Shown: one piece after another, positions 22,942 to 33,424 of the stretch
Numbering within the stretch: position 1 is the stretch's first letter
Layout: every line of letters begins with the position of its first letter
Sequence record: OQ031493.1
Direction: 5' to 3' (one strand)
Length of the DNA stretch: 64,000 nucleotides
The notes under the pieces: model-generated
Seen by the model: only the letters and a program-made list of their open reading frames with translations
Told to the model about the DNA's origin: nothing
The model's database searches: none
Translations under genes and position numbers: made by a program

Positions 22942-24390
22942 ATGTCAGACGGTATGGTTTTATACACTGACGGATCATTCCGACAGGGTAAAGCTGGTTG
23001 GGGTATTCATGGTTATACCTATGAAAATGTTGCAATGAAATCTAAAGCAGCCACCAAACAGCAACCAACAGCTAAGGGATACTTAGATGTAGGTGCAGAT
23101 GAGACATGCACTGTTTTAAATTATATTGATGCATTTGGTAGTGTAACTAATAACCCTACTAATAATACAGGTGAGCTAACCGCTGCAATTGAGGCTTTCA
23201 AAATAGCTCATGAAGCAGATGCTCCTAGACTAACGATGCTCATGGATAGTGAATACGTTAGAAAAGGTATGACCGCATATTTACCCAAATGGATTAAGTC
23301 TAATTGGATTAAATCAGACGGCACGCCGGTAGCAAACCAGGACCTATGGAAACAGATGGTCGAACTAAAAGCTAAATGGGAAGAAACTAATAAACCATTA
23401 AGCATCCAATGGGTCCGTGGACATAACGGAGACATTGGTAATGAAAAAGCTGATGCTAACGCTAAGCTTGGTTCGGGACAGAATAATGATAAGCCAGTGA
23501 TGGTTTCGGTTAAAGGCGAGGAAATTAACAAACTTAAAAAACAAGTTGTTAATCCACTTATCCTCGAAAGTAGGTTACTCTTCGCCATTAACTCTGGAGA
23601 AGAACCAGATGGGTTCTATTACACCTATAACTTAGGTCGTATGCATAACTATGGTCATAAACCAAAAGACACTGCTAAAGATAAATTAGCTAAAGCTGAT
23701 TTAATTTTAGGGCGTCGTATCTCTGAAGCAACCTTCAGTGTATATAAGGCAAATGAACCAGATGAGTATCTCCAGTTACTAATTAATATGCATACAGAAG
23801 CACTGGGTACTGAAAATCCAGAACTGGGTATCATCAATTTGGCAAACGCATATCGTGCAACCATTCGACAGAAAATTGAATCCATGGGGCTACCTGCTCT
23901 AGTCGTATGGAAAGATATCAATGTTTTGTCGACGCCAACAGATGAACTCATTAGTCGGACTCTTAATCCACCACGTATGGCAAATGATGCTGTAGCTACA
24001 TTTAATGTTATGCGCAGTCGTCTTGAAGATTACTTGGCTGGTAAACTTGGAGAGTCGGTTGGTATTATTGATATTACCGAGCACTTCTTCGAGGAAGTCG
24101 CAAAGGGTAAGAAAGTTGGCTATCAACTACTTAAGACGATTACATCTAATACAGGCTTTGTAGAAGTTCCGATCACATTTAAAGATCGTAAGATAAAATT
24201 AAAGCTTGTATTAAATATCGATATTCCAAGTAGAAACCAATTAGCTCGTATTGGAGCTAATAAAGTTAAAATGGAAATTCTTGTAGTAGCTGAAGGCCCA
24301 TATTCTTATTCATATTCAATTGTGTTCGTGACTGATGATGGTTCAGCTATTTATCAATCACCCTATACACAATTTATTCTCCCAAAATAG
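22942..24390 (+). CDS. rnhA: Ribonuclease HI with long C-terminal extension
   Basis: YTDGS, TNNTGELTAAIEA, MDSEYV, NQDLW, WVRGHNGDIGNEKAD RNase HI motifs. Confidence 0.92.
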   Translation: MSDGMVLYTDGSFRQGKAGWGIHGYTYENVAMKSKAATKQQPTAKGYLDVGADETCTVLNYIDAFGSVTNNPTNNTGELTAAIEAFKIAHEADAPRLTMLMDSEYVRKGMTAYLPKWIKSNWIKSDGTPVANQDLWKQMVELKAKWEETNKPLSIQWVRGHNGDIGNEKADANAKLGSGQNNDKPVMVSVKGEEINKLKKQVVNPLILESRLLFAINSGEEPDGFYYTYNLGRMHNYGHKPKDTAKDKLAKADLILGRRISEATFSVYKANEPDEYLQLLINMHTEALGTENPELGIINLANAYRATIRQKIESMGLPALVVWKDINVLSTPTDELISRTLNPPRMANDAVATFNVMRSRLEDYLAGKLGESVGIIDITEHFFEEVAKGKKVGYQLLKTITSNTGFVEVPITFKDRKIKLKLVLNIDIPSRNQLARIGANKVKMEILVVAEGPYSYSYSIVFVTDDGSAIYQSPYTQFILPK

Positions 24391-24400
24391 TGGGTATTCC

Positions 24401-24820
24401 ATGAACCTTATTAGCAGATTCAAAAAGTCGGTTAAGAATGGTTTCAGGGCAATTTGGATTAAGCTCTGGGACTATGCTGATCCCGAACTAAAGCGGATGT
24501 GCGTCATGGCGTCACTGTACTCCGTTATAGTACAGTGTAAGACAAATGAGTGTGAAAAGATCTCTCATTTGAATTCTAACATGAAACTAGTACGCGATGA
24601 AGCTGCCTTACGACTCCCTATTCATTATGGGCCGTACGTATGGAAAGGCGTGATAGCAATCGATAAGATTGATAAAGCAGATCTAACCACTGATCAATTT
24701 TTCATGAGGCTTATTCGTAAGACTCCGTGTTGGATGAAATATGCTGATGATGCAACTTTTTTAAAGGATTTAAAAACCCTCTTTAAATTAAGTTTACATG
24801 AGAAGTGTATTCCAAATTGA
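24401..24820 (+). CDS. Hypothetical protein
   Basis: Likely ATG at 24401 after the RNase H stop. Confidence 0.65.
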   Translation: MNLISRFKKSVKNGFRAIWIKLWDYADPELKRMCVMASLYSVIVQCKTNECEKISHLNSNMKLVRDEAALRLPIHYGPYVWKGVIAIDKIDKADLTTDQFFMRLIRKTPCWMKYADDATFLKDLKTLFKLSLHEKCIPN

Positions 24821-24827
24821 TTGGTAC

Positions 24828-24866
24828 GACATAATGCCCTCTCCTTTGGGAGAGGGCTTATGCTGT
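24828..24866. terminator. GCCCTC-family hairpin between convergent genes
   Basis: GACATAATGCCCTCTCC-TTT-GGGAGAGGGCTTATGCTGT. Confidence 0.8.
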
Positions 24867-25780
24867 TATCCAATGATTTCACGAAGAATATCTTCAGTGG
24901 CTTTCATTGTGTTTGCAGTCTCAACAATCTTGGTAAAGAGTGTTGAATAACGTTCAACATGGTCTGCTGCCCATGTAACCCCTTCAATTAATGTCTGTAA
25001 TAGCTCTGGAGAGGTGTCAGAGTTACTATCCTTAACATCCTCCATAAAGCTATCAATTAATTGACTAAGCGCTTCTGAAGCACGTTTTACATCATTTGGA
25101 CGAACCCGTGATAAAATGCTACGAATATCGTTCATTTTCTTTGTTGCGTCAACAAATGAATTTAATGATGGGTAAAGCTTACCAAACTCAGCTGTACTTG
25201 ACCGGTTGTCACTGTCATAGAAAGAAGCATCTTTAGCAAGATCATTGATCGATGCCATTGCAAATGAATTAGCAAAGCCACGCTTATCCATTCGATCAGC
25301 ACGCTGTTGTAGATAATATCCAAGTTGTGCTTTAACCGGGTCTAATACCGCTGGAATAATAGTGGCCATTTCCTTAGCTTCTGTTAATAGATAATCAACA
25401 TAGTCTGGAATCTCACCATTAAAACCAACTGGTTGTGGCACGATTGTATTTGCTACTTCTAAATAATCAATGTGTGAAACTAAATGGCGCATCTGCGCTG
25501 GATGGAACTCAGGAATAATTTGATTACTCCAGTTAGTCATCGACGTAAATGCATTACGAGCAGCGATAGCAAAATTAGCACCGCGTTTATTGATAATGTT
25601 AATAGCGTTTGTTGCGAAATTAGCTTCTTGAGAAATAGTCTCAGTAATATCTACAAGCTGTTGTTTTGGATCAACTTGTACTAAACTAATATCATCATTA
25701 ACAATATTGTCAGATTCAATTAGATCCTGACAATCATTTTCTAGTGAAATACTTTTAGCGTATTTATGGATGTTAAACAT
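24866..25780 (-). CDS. Head protein with short propeptide (positionally gp153)
   Basis: KSISLE cleavage-type site near the N-terminus; AAGGA RBS. Confidence 0.7.
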   Translation of the reverse strand: MFNIHKYAKSISLENDCQDLIESDNIVNDDISLVQVDPKQQLVDITETISQEANFATNAINIINKRGANFAIAARNAFTSMTNWSNQIIPEFHPAQMRHLVSHIDYLEVANTIVPQPVGFNGEIPDYVDYLLTEAKEMATIIPAVLDPVKAQLGYYLQQRADRMDKRGFANSFAMASINDLAKDASFYDSDNRSSTAEFGKLYPSLNSFVDATKKMNDIRSILSRVRPNDVKRASEALSQLIDSFMEDVKDSNSDTSPELLQTLIEGVTWAADHVERYSTLFTKIVETANTMKATEDILREIIG

Positions 25781-25819
25781 GTCTTAATTTCCTTGCGCAA
25801 GGATTGTTGAATATGTAGA

Positions 25820-25830
25820 CATAAAATTAC
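25820..25830. promoter_or_regulatory. Overlapping divergent promoter motifs (middle-type AAAATTAC on +, late-type TATG on -)
   Basis: CATAAAATTAC in the 97-bp gap between divergent genes; short motifs, low specificity. Confidence 0.45.
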
Positions 25831-25877
25831 TCTCCAAATCAATTAATTGACTGTTTAACTTAAAAAATGGAGTCAAC

Positions 25878-27317
25878 ATGTTTGGTAAACATTTCGAACG
25901 TCCAGCTTTCCGACCGGCTCTTAACATCGGATGCCTTATGGACATTTCAACTGGTAAGTATGAACAAGGTAAGCATGGTGAAATGATTCTAAATGGTGGT
26001 ATGGGATCACTAACTGGCATTGCTTCACGACCTAACAATTTTAAAACTGCATTAGGTATCTACCTCATGGCAATGATGCGCCGTGCTTTCCCCGGTGCAC
26101 ATGCAATGACTTACGATACAGAAGGTACATTAAACCCAGGTGCTCGATTTACATCTTTAGCACAAGCTTATCCTGAGCTAGCTGTTATCGATTGGGAAAA
26201 TGATGAGCAATACATGTTTACTGACTTATCTCGTTATACTGGGGATGAGTGGTTCAAAATCTTCCGAGATGCATTATCTGAAAAAGAGAAAGCTGAAAAA
26301 GATTATCTACGCACTACCCCATTTCTTGATGTGAATGGTAACAATAAGAAAGCACTGTACCCAACTGGTGGATTCATTGATAGTTTCTCAAAGTTCATTG
26401 TCTCAGCTGTGTCTGAAATGTATGCTAAAAATGCTATCGGTGATTCTAAAGTAAACACTGATGCGATGACTAATGGTAAAGCCAAGAATCAGTTATTTAA
26501 CCAACTGCCGCAGATCTGTGCTAAAACCAGTACATACATGATTCTCACTGCACACGTTGGAGATATTATTCAAATTGAGATGTACCCTACTGATAAACGT
26601 AATCTATCGCATATGAAGAAGGATACGGTTCTTAAAGGGGTATCAGGTGGTTTCTACTCTCTGCCGAATAATGTGTTTTCTATTGAATCTAATAAACCGT
26701 TAGTCAATAAAGAAAAAATGCCTTTATATCCAATTGACAATTCAACTGCTATTGAAGGCGATACAGATCTACGTATTCTAGAAGTTATTAACTTACGTGG
26801 TAAAGGTGGAATTACTGGTCTACCATTCCATCTCATTGTTTCACAGACTGAAGGTATTCTTCCATCACTATCGGAATTCCATTATTGCCGTGAAAATGAT
26901 TGGGGGATTGGTGGTAATAACATTAACTACTTCGTTGAGCTATGTCCTGATATCAAACTAAGCCGAACCACTGTTCGTAAGAAATTGATGGATAACCCTG
27001 CTCTACAACGAGCTGTTGAAATCCAATCTGAAATGCTACAATTAATTCAATTCCAACGTTGGAATCTTGGAGATTATGTAGTAACTCCAGCCGAACTATA
27101 TGCTGATCTTAAAGTAATGGGTTATGATTGGAATATTATTCTTAATAATACCCGTGGCTATTGGATGTTCGAAGAAGACGAACAATTTAGTGATAAAAAA
27201 TTCCTATCCACGTATGACCTACTACGCATGCGTAAAAGTGAATATAAACCATACTGGATGACTGACGAAGAAAAAGCTAAAATTGTACCTCTTGAACTAG
27301 CTAAAGCAAAAGCTTAA
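25878..27317 (+). CDS. uvsX: UvsX/RecA-like recombinase
   Basis: Degenerate P-loop ASRPNNFKT, YDTEG, FIDSFS, MILTAHVGD. Confidence 0.85.
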   Translation: MFGKHFERPAFRPALNIGCLMDISTGKYEQGKHGEMILNGGMGSLTGIASRPNNFKTALGIYLMAMMRRAFPGAHAMTYDTEGTLNPGARFTSLAQAYPELAVIDWENDEQYMFTDLSRYTGDEWFKIFRDALSEKEKAEKDYLRTTPFLDVNGNNKKALYPTGGFIDSFSKFIVSAVSEMYAKNAIGDSKVNTDAMTNGKAKNQLFNQLPQICAKTSTYMILTAHVGDIIQIEMYPTDKRNLSHMKKDTVLKGVSGGFYSLPNNVFSIESNKPLVNKEKMPLYPIDNSTAIEGDTDLRILEVINLRGKGGITGLPFHLIVSQTEGILPSLSEFHYCRENDWGIGGNNINYFVELCPDIKLSRTTVRKKLMDNPALQRAVEIQSEMLQLIQFQRWNLGDYVVTPAELYADLKVMGYDWNIILNNTRGYWMFEEDEQFSDKKFLSTYDLLRMRKSEYKPYWMTDEEKAKIVPLELAKAKA

Positions 27318-27348
27318 TGTTAGTATAGATGTTATCGCCAGTTTTAAA

Positions 27349-27381
27349 ATAACTAGGGGTCAATAAGATCCCTAGTTATGT
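27349..27381. terminator. Hairpin after uvsX
   Basis: ATAACTAGGGGTC-AATAA-GATCCCTAGTTATGT. Confidence 0.65.
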
Positions 27382-27393
27382 CAGGTTTGGTAT

Positions 27394-27744
27394 ATGAATG
27401 TTTACACTTATCAGATAGCTAAATATAAGTTAGTTATAGAGAAAGGAATAAAACCGCTAGACATAACTGTTAAATCAGGTGCATATCAACTCGCACCTAC
27501 GTGGTTAATGGTTATGGGACATAAGAAAGGAATTATATCAAGTGATGAATACACTGAAGCATATCTCAGTATGTTAGAGCAATCATTGATTGATAATCCA
27601 GAATTCTTTAAATGGTTCTTCCAATTAGAGGAAGTAGCATTAGGTTGTTATTGTCGCGCTGGTAATTTCTGTCACCGGCATTTATTAGTAGAATGGCTTG
27701 AAACAAAAACAGAGGTCATTTACTGTGGTGAGATATCAAAGTAA
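27394..27744 (+). CDS. DUF488-like protein
   Basis: DIT..LAPTW..V motif and ALGCYCRAGNFCHRHLL cysteine/histidine motif. Confidence 0.65.
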   Translation: MNVYTYQIAKYKLVIEKGIKPLDITVKSGAYQLAPTWLMVMGHKKGIISSDEYTEAYLSMLEQSLIDNPEFFKWFFQLEEVALGCYCRAGNFCHRHLLVEWLETKTEVIYCGEISK

Positions 27745-27767
27745 AATAAAGACCCTAAGGAACTATA

Positions 27768-28088
27768 ATGAAAACTACAGAAGATTATCGTTTAACACTT
27801 TGTCAACGTCTACGAATGTTTGATGTTGAACTATCAGAAGATCTATTACGTCGATTACCAGTGTGTACAGACGTACCCACTTTATCAGCTTGCTTTCAGC
27901 AACTATTAGCTCAATACCCTAGTCAGACATTGACAGCTAGAACCACCATTGATGATTCAGTCACCTTTGAAGTATGGTATGCTAATTTTCTAGCCAACAT
28001 ATTACCAATTCTTAAGAGGCACAGGTTACCTCCATGTACTGACCAGAATTCAATACCTGTCTATCAAGGGGTATCTCGCTCAAGCTAA
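27768..28088 (+). CDS. Hypothetical protein
   Basis: AAGGA RBS; 106 aa. Confidence 0.7.
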   Translation: MKTTEDYRLTLCQRLRMFDVELSEDLLRRLPVCTDVPTLSACFQQLLAQYPSQTLTARTTIDDSVTFEVWYANFLANILPILKRHRLPPCTDQNSIPVYQGVSRSS

Positions 28089-28120
28089 TGGTATGTTAAA
28101 CAACCTTAAAGGAAATTACC

Positions 28121-28795
28121 ATGACTAAACGAGAATTGGTAGAAAAAGAATGCCTATGGATTATTGACATGTTTCTACCTGGTAGTAGTAATGTTGATAT
28201 CTATAAAGAAATGTTTGCACGAATGAATGATGAGGAATTTGAGGAGTGGATTAATAAGTTAGATTCTGGTGAAGAGATGTTGGCATTATATGCTCCTAAC
28301 TTATGCACTAAGCCTAAATTAACTATTAAGCAAAATTATAAAGTTGCTAAAGCGATTGGTCATAATTTATTCCAACACATCATTTTAACTGATCCAGGTA
28401 CTGGCCAGGTATATCGAACTGCTAATAAACATTTAGTTGGTTTAATACCAATCCGTCGTCAAGTACAAATGCTTGAGAAAAAGAAAAGTATTCCAGGTTC
28501 TAGTCACGTGATTGACCAGAGGTCAGGGCAGGTAACTGGTGATTCTAAAGGATCCCGTATGTCTGCACCAGAGATTCAAGTTAACGCTTCAAAAGGTCTC
28601 CGTTATTCCATGATCGAATTCATGAAACTGCGTGGTGGCGACCAGAAGGCGTATAATGCAATGAACCGCTCTATTATCGAAACTGGTAGTGCTTCTGTTG
28701 ATTCCATCATGTCCACTTATGATACTACTGTGCAATCTAATAAAACATTTGCATGTTATCTAAAAGGCATGATGCTACAAAATAACTTGGTGTAA
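28121..28795 (+). CDS. gp149: Virion RNAP beta-like subunit, C-terminal fragment
   Basis: GLIPIRRQVQMLEKK...DQRSGQVTGDSKGSRMSAPE aligns to RpoB C-terminal KL.H..K..R..QP..G..GGQR.GEME. Confidence 0.85.
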   Translation: MTKRELVEKECLWIIDMFLPGSSNVDIYKEMFARMNDEEFEEWINKLDSGEEMLALYAPNLCTKPKLTIKQNYKVAKAIGHNLFQHIILTDPGTGQVYRTANKHLVGLIPIRRQVQMLEKKKSIPGSSHVIDQRSGQVTGDSKGSRMSAPEIQVNASKGLRYSMIEFMKLRGGDQKAYNAMNRSIIETGSASVDSIMSTYDTTVQSNKTFACYLKGMMLQNNLV

Positions 28796-28797
28796 TT

Positions 28798-29304
28798 ATG
28801 AATAATCGCCAGATTTATGAAGATATGTGCGAAGCTTTAATTGTATCTAATACTGAGTTAGTAAATGGATACAGTGCTGAAATCATTGCGGATATTTTGG
28901 ATTTACTAAATAACTGGAGTACCAATACTCATTGGTATCACATTGCTGATAAAACAGTTATTAGGGATATCTGGAATTTATTCCGTAATAAAGGTAATCG
29001 TCTTCAACCTATCTTAAGTTTAGTTAGTCGATTTAAGATGGCTGTTAATGATTGGGATGGTGTGGTGAAATTACTAGCTGATTCTATTTATCCTTATCAG
29101 CCTAATTCAACTATTGTTGACCAAGAAATGTTAGCGCGATTAATTCCACGAAAAGAATTAACTGACATTTTATACCAAAATGATTGGTTAGTTTGGATTA
29201 TTTGCCAATGTTTAAATATCCGTTATATTACTAATATGGTTGAATCTATCCCAGTTCAAGCTAAGCCATCTAAAAAGAAGGCGGTAAATAATAATGTTTC
29301 GTAA
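28798..29304 (+). CDS. Hypothetical protein
   Basis: 168 aa, coupled to neighbours. Confidence 0.7.
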   Translation: MNNRQIYEDMCEALIVSNTELVNGYSAEIIADILDLLNNWSTNTHWYHIADKTVIRDIWNLFRNKGNRLQPILSLVSRFKMAVNDWDGVVKLLADSIYPYQPNSTIVDQEMLARLIPRKELTDILYQNDWLVWIICQCLNIRYITNMVESIPVQAKPSKKKAVNNNVS

Positions 29305-30010
29305 AATCTTAATTGATCTTGACTCACTATTAGATACACGGTTAGGAACCATTAGGTTACTAAATAAAGATGCAGCTAATAAGCTTGTTACCAATGGTCA
29401 AATTTACTGGCATAGGGAAATGGATGATTGGACTAAACTAACAGATGGTTTAGTAACTAATGAACAATTTGTCGAAGCTTATTCTAAACGTGGTGGTGAA
29501 AATACTGCTGACACTATCAATAGTTCTATATTCACTGGTATCATTCCATTTATTATTCAATTAATAGCCCAATCAGATTTGAATAGATTAGATGGTATAG
29601 TTAATGCTAATTTTGAAACATGTCTTGAAGTCAATATCTGGCCATATGAATTGACACCAGATGCTCAAGATGAATTACTATACTGCTTACATAAGTACAT
29701 TGGTGATCATATTCAGATCACCCTGATTAATACTCCATTAACAGACCTTACTTGTTCTAGATTAAACTCTATCTATTCAATGGCGATTATGTATAATTTT
29801 GGAGAATGGTGTAAAACCCATGTTCTTGAATTAGGACAAGTGTTGATGCCTGACTTTACTATTATTGGTCCAAAGCTATTTGAGAAAGATGTAAGTGAAT
29901 TAGCTGTTGAAGATAAACAGTTTATTATCATGGATTTCCAGTTAAAGCATAAACTTAATATCGACTTTGATTTCATCGATGCTGAATACTTTTCCATGTT
30001 TAAGCCATGA
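29294..30010 (+). CDS. HAD-fold (DxD) protein, possible nucleotidase/phosphatase
   Basis: N-terminal ILIDLDSLLDT HAD motif I-like. Confidence 0.6.
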   Translation: MFRKILIDLDSLLDTRLGTIRLLNKDAANKLVTNGQIYWHREMDDWTKLTDGLVTNEQFVEAYSKRGGENTADTINSSIFTGIIPFIIQLIAQSDLNRLDGIVNANFETCLEVNIWPYELTPDAQDELLYCLHKYIGDHIQITLINTPLTDLTCSRLNSIYSMAIMYNFGEWCKTHVLELGQVLMPDFTIIGPKLFEKDVSELAVEDKQFIIMDFQLKHKLNIDFDFIDAEYFSMFKP

Positions 30011-30016
30011 TACCCA

Positions 30017-30053
30017 ATAGAAAGCCCTAATAGGGCTTTCTATGCTTTTTTTA
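30017..30053 (+). terminator. Intrinsic terminator
   Basis: ATAGAAAGCCCT-AAT-AGGGCTTTCTATGC followed by a T run. Confidence 0.8.
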
Positions 30054-30100
30054 GATATAACTGGTATGACGGCATGGTTAACAATGAATCAACCTTAAAA

Positions 30101-30139
30101 GACAAAATAAAGCCCTCCCCGAAGGGAGGGCAATATGTC
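30101..30139. terminator. GCCCTCCC-family hairpin after the collagen fibre gene
   Basis: AAGCCCTCCC-CGAA-GGGAGGGCAATATGTC. Confidence 0.75.
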
Positions 30140-30142
30140 GTT

Positions 30143-33100
30143 TTAAATAACAGCACCTTTGGAAACTATCCAGTTAGTACCATCCCATAAGAGGGTAAGA
30201 ACTGTTTTAGTATCACCTAGGTCATCTACTATTACTGGAGTACCATTGTTCCATTGTAACACTGCACTAGAAAGTGTTGGCATAGCTACCTTACCAAGCA
30301 ATACAAGAACAGCTGTGATCATACGATCAACAGGTCCATTCTCTAGTGTAATGGTTTGGTTAGCAGCAGTTTGAACCCTATAGCACTGTTGGTTAGCTGG
30401 TGTTAGAGTTAAAGCTGTACCAGTGAATGTACTTGATTTTAGGCTATATGCATCGAATGATTTATCTAGCTTCTTCCAAGTAATATTAGTACCAGTACGG
30501 CTACGTAGCCAATCACCATCAGCGGTTACATCATTATTCGGCCCTTGGAATAGAGTCCATGATTTAGCCGCAGCATTACGTAGGAATAGTTGTCCACTAG
30601 TAGCATCAGCTTGATCAACTATAATAGTTACAGGTGTCCATTTAGAACCACTAGCTGTTTTCTCACGTACATAGTTAGTGCCATTAGCACCTTCACTAGG
30701 TACTTCACCAATAACTGCGGCTGGTACAGCTACCCATTCACCATTTTGCATACCCATTAGAGTATCATCGGTTTGCAGAGGTGCTACATCAACCCAGTTA
30801 CCAGCTACACGACCTTGAGGCTTAGTAGCTTGTGCAGTATCGCGTACTACATCTGAAGGAATTTCTGGGAATGTAATGGTAGCCCATTCAGTTTCACCCC
30901 CTGCAATACCTTTACGAACGTATTGTGCATTAACAACTGGACTAGGTACAGCATCAATGGCAGGTGTTGGTAATTCAATAGCAGTCCATTCAACAGCCCC
31001 GTCAGCGGTTGCTTTACGGCGACCATAGAAGACACCTACTTCAGCATCTACCACCTCATCAACAGGTAGTTCAGTCCAACCGAGTTTGTACCGAACCATT
31101 TTCTTATCGACATCTTCTGGATCGACTTCACTAACTGGAACTGACATTAATTTGTAGAATACAACCCAGTTAGCATCTTTATACCAAACGGTACCAGTTT
31201 TGTCGATACACCAGTCACCACGATTACCATCGATAGAAGTGGGTGCAGTTTGACCTTCAGGTAGAATTACCCAAGAGGATCCACGTTCACCTTTCTGACC
31301 GGTTTTACCAGGGATACCTGGAACACCTTGTTTGCCCTCAGGACCTTCAGGACCCTGCGGACCCATGGCTAAGACACCTAGGCTTTCCCAAGTAAATGTA
31401 CCTTCAGTATCGATACTTACAAATACTTCTACTTGTCCTTCAGTATTGGTGCGAATGGCAATACCTTTACCTACGTTATCAGCAGATGCTACTGGTTTAC
31501 CAGCATCATCACCAACATAGATAATTAATAGACCACCACCTTGTTTACCTTCAGGACCTTGTGGGCCTTCGACACCCTGGATACCCTGCTCACCATTTAG
31601 ATTAATTGGGCCGATATAGCCATCAATTTCCTGACCTTGGTAAGTATAGAGCATTGTACCTTCGTTAGTTTCAACCCAGTATGAATCACCAGTTACTAAG
31701 TCAGGATCAGTGTCTTTCTTTGGTAGTTGTGAAGCATCGGTTAAAACACCTTTAATGTTTAAACCTTCACCCGGTTTACCTTGCGGACCTGCCATAATAC
31801 CAATGCTAGTCCAGCGACTACCGTCCATGTTAACAAATACTTCGCCCGTGGACTTAACAGTATATGCTTTCCATTGGTTATCGGCAAGTGCTTCTGGTGG
31901 GGTATCTTCAGGAGTGTCAATCGCTGCGATGATCTGGATAGGTTCACCAGCGGGACCTTGTGGGCCTTCTGGTCCCTCGGGTCCTTCTGGTCCCTGATCA
32001 CCGTCTTTACCAGGTGCGCCATCTTCACCTTTAGGACCTCGATGTGTACCACTATTTACCCAATTACCATCTATCTTAACAAATAAGGTAGATGTGTCTT
32101 GTGTGAAGTACGCTGCCTGATCAGGAGCATCTGCCGGCAGGGCTGCCTCATTGGCAACAGCACCAGTAATAACTACGTTCTTACCATGTAGACTGATTAA
32201 CCATTCACCCTCAGTACCAGTGAAGCCATTGTCCAATGCTACTTGGAAAGCCGATTTACCTTGTGCCCCTGGTTCACCAGGTAGACCTTGTTCGCCATCT
32301 TCACCTTGCGGACCTTCAGGGCCCTGCGGGCCACGGAATGAACCCATGGCTGTCCATGAGATATCAACAGTCGGATCTTGGCCAGTCAGTACATAAACCG
32401 TATTGGTGGAACGTACTGAAACACCTTGGTATTGTTCTACACCAGTGGTGGTTAATAGATCATCAGCAGTTTCAACTGCTTTAACTACTTCTAAGTTACG
32501 ACCTTGTGGACCAGGTTCACCTTGTTTACCATCGGGACCCGGATCACCTGTATTACCTGGTTTACCTTGTGGGCCCTCAGGGCCTTGGAAAGTACCTAGG
32601 TCTGACCATGCCCCTTTTACAAAGATGAATAGATGTTCTGGTTTACCAGCTTCCATAGTAACTAAGTATGCTTCTGATTCTTTAGCTACAGATGGATCAG
32701 GTAAATCAGCTGGTGATGGTAGTGAATCCTTAATGGTAAACGGCATTGCTGGTTCACCCTGAGGACCTTCAGGACCAATTTCACCATCTTTACCTTGCGG
32801 ACCCTCAGGGCCCTCAGGTCCACGTTCACCCTGTGGTGTAACTGGGAACCAATCATAGTCATCAATAGTTGGATTCTCTGGCGGATTATTACCTGAGATA
32901 AGCATCCACGCCCAGAGTTGATTATTCCATGAGTAAGCATCTCCAGGTTTATTACTTTCAGTCTTAGGTAATTCTAAGTTATTAGGCCAACGACCACGGA
33001 TAACCAGACCAGTACCATCTGGACCACGAAGTGAACCTGTTTCAACCCAACGACCTTTTACAGGGGGATCTTCATTACCTAGCGGTGATTCCCATACCCA

Positions 33101-33424
33101 TAGCCGATCTTCAACGAACCAAGCATCACCGACATTATGCGTATCTAATGGTTTAATATCTTGTTCGAATGTTGCTAGATCAACATTAGCGATAATGTTA
33201 ATAGCCGGACCAACTGGGCCAGGGGGACCTTGATCGCCATCTTTACCCGGCTGACCATCTTCACCCTTTAATCCAGGTATAGTAACAGGATCAACGAAAG
33301 TGGTATTAAGACCCACCCCGGTAGAAACCGGGATGTGTCCATTAACTACAGAAGTGGGTTCATCAATTGATGATACCCGTTTGGGGAGTTCCCCGTTTAC
33401 ATAATCTTCAAATGCAGAAGCCAT
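30143..33424 (-). CDS. gp146: Collagen-like fibre protein
   Basis: About ten Gly-X-Y blocks (GPEGPQG...) alternating with W-containing globular knobs; one GKSAFQVALDNGFTGTEGEWLISL repeat; C-terminal fibre-like domain. Confidence 0.85.
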   Translation of the reverse strand: MASAFEDYVNGELPKRVSSIDEPTSVVNGHIPVSTGVGLNTTFVDPVTIPGLKGEDGQPGKDGDQGPPGPVGPAINIIANVDLATFEQDIKPLDTHNVGDAWFVEDRLWVWESPLGNEDPPVKGRWVETGSLRGPDGTGLVIRGRWPNNLELPKTESNKPGDAYSWNNQLWAWMLISGNNPPENPTIDDYDWFPVTPQGERGPEGPEGPQGKDGEIGPEGPQGEPAMPFTIKDSLPSPADLPDPSVAKESEAYLVTMEAGKPEHLFIFVKGAWSDLGTFQGPEGPQGKPGNTGDPGPDGKQGEPGPQGRNLEVVKAVETADDLLTTTGVEQYQGVSVRSTNTVYVLTGQDPTVDISWTAMGSFRGPQGPEGPQGEDGEQGLPGEPGAQGKSAFQVALDNGFTGTEGEWLISLHGKNVVITGAVANEAALPADAPDQAAYFTQDTSTLFVKIDGNWVNSGTHRGPKGEDGAPGKDGDQGPEGPEGPEGPQGPAGEPIQIIAAIDTPEDTPPEALADNQWKAYTVKSTGEVFVNMDGSRWTSIGIMAGPQGKPGEGLNIKGVLTDASQLPKKDTDPDLVTGDSYWVETNEGTMLYTYQGQEIDGYIGPINLNGEQGIQGVEGPQGPEGKQGGGLLIIYVGDDAGKPVASADNVGKGIAIRTNTEGQVEVFVSIDTEGTFTWESLGVLAMGPQGPEGPEGKQGVPGIPGKTGQKGERGSSWVILPEGQTAPTSIDGNRGDWCIDKTGTVWYKDANWVVFYKLMSVPVSEVDPEDVDKKMVRYKLGWTELPVDEVVDAEVGVFYGRRKATADGAVEWTAIELPTPAIDAVPSPVVNAQYVRKGIAGGETEWATITFPEIPSDVVRDTAQATKPQGRVAGNWVDVAPLQTDDTLMGMQNGEWVAVPAAVIGEVPSEGANGTNYVREKTASGSKWTPVTIIVDQADATSGQLFLRNAAAKSWTLFQGPNNDVTADGDWLRSRTGTNITWKKLDKSFDAYSLKSSTFTGTALTLTPANQQCYRVQTAANQTITLENGPVDRMITAVLVLLGKVAMPTLSSAVLQWNNGTPVIVDDLGDTKTVLTLLWDGTNWIVSKGAVI

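Noticed and set aside
30159-32940. Multiple Gly/Pro-rich plus-strand ORFs and alternate-frame ORFs
   Set aside because: Shadows of the collagen repeats in 30143..33424
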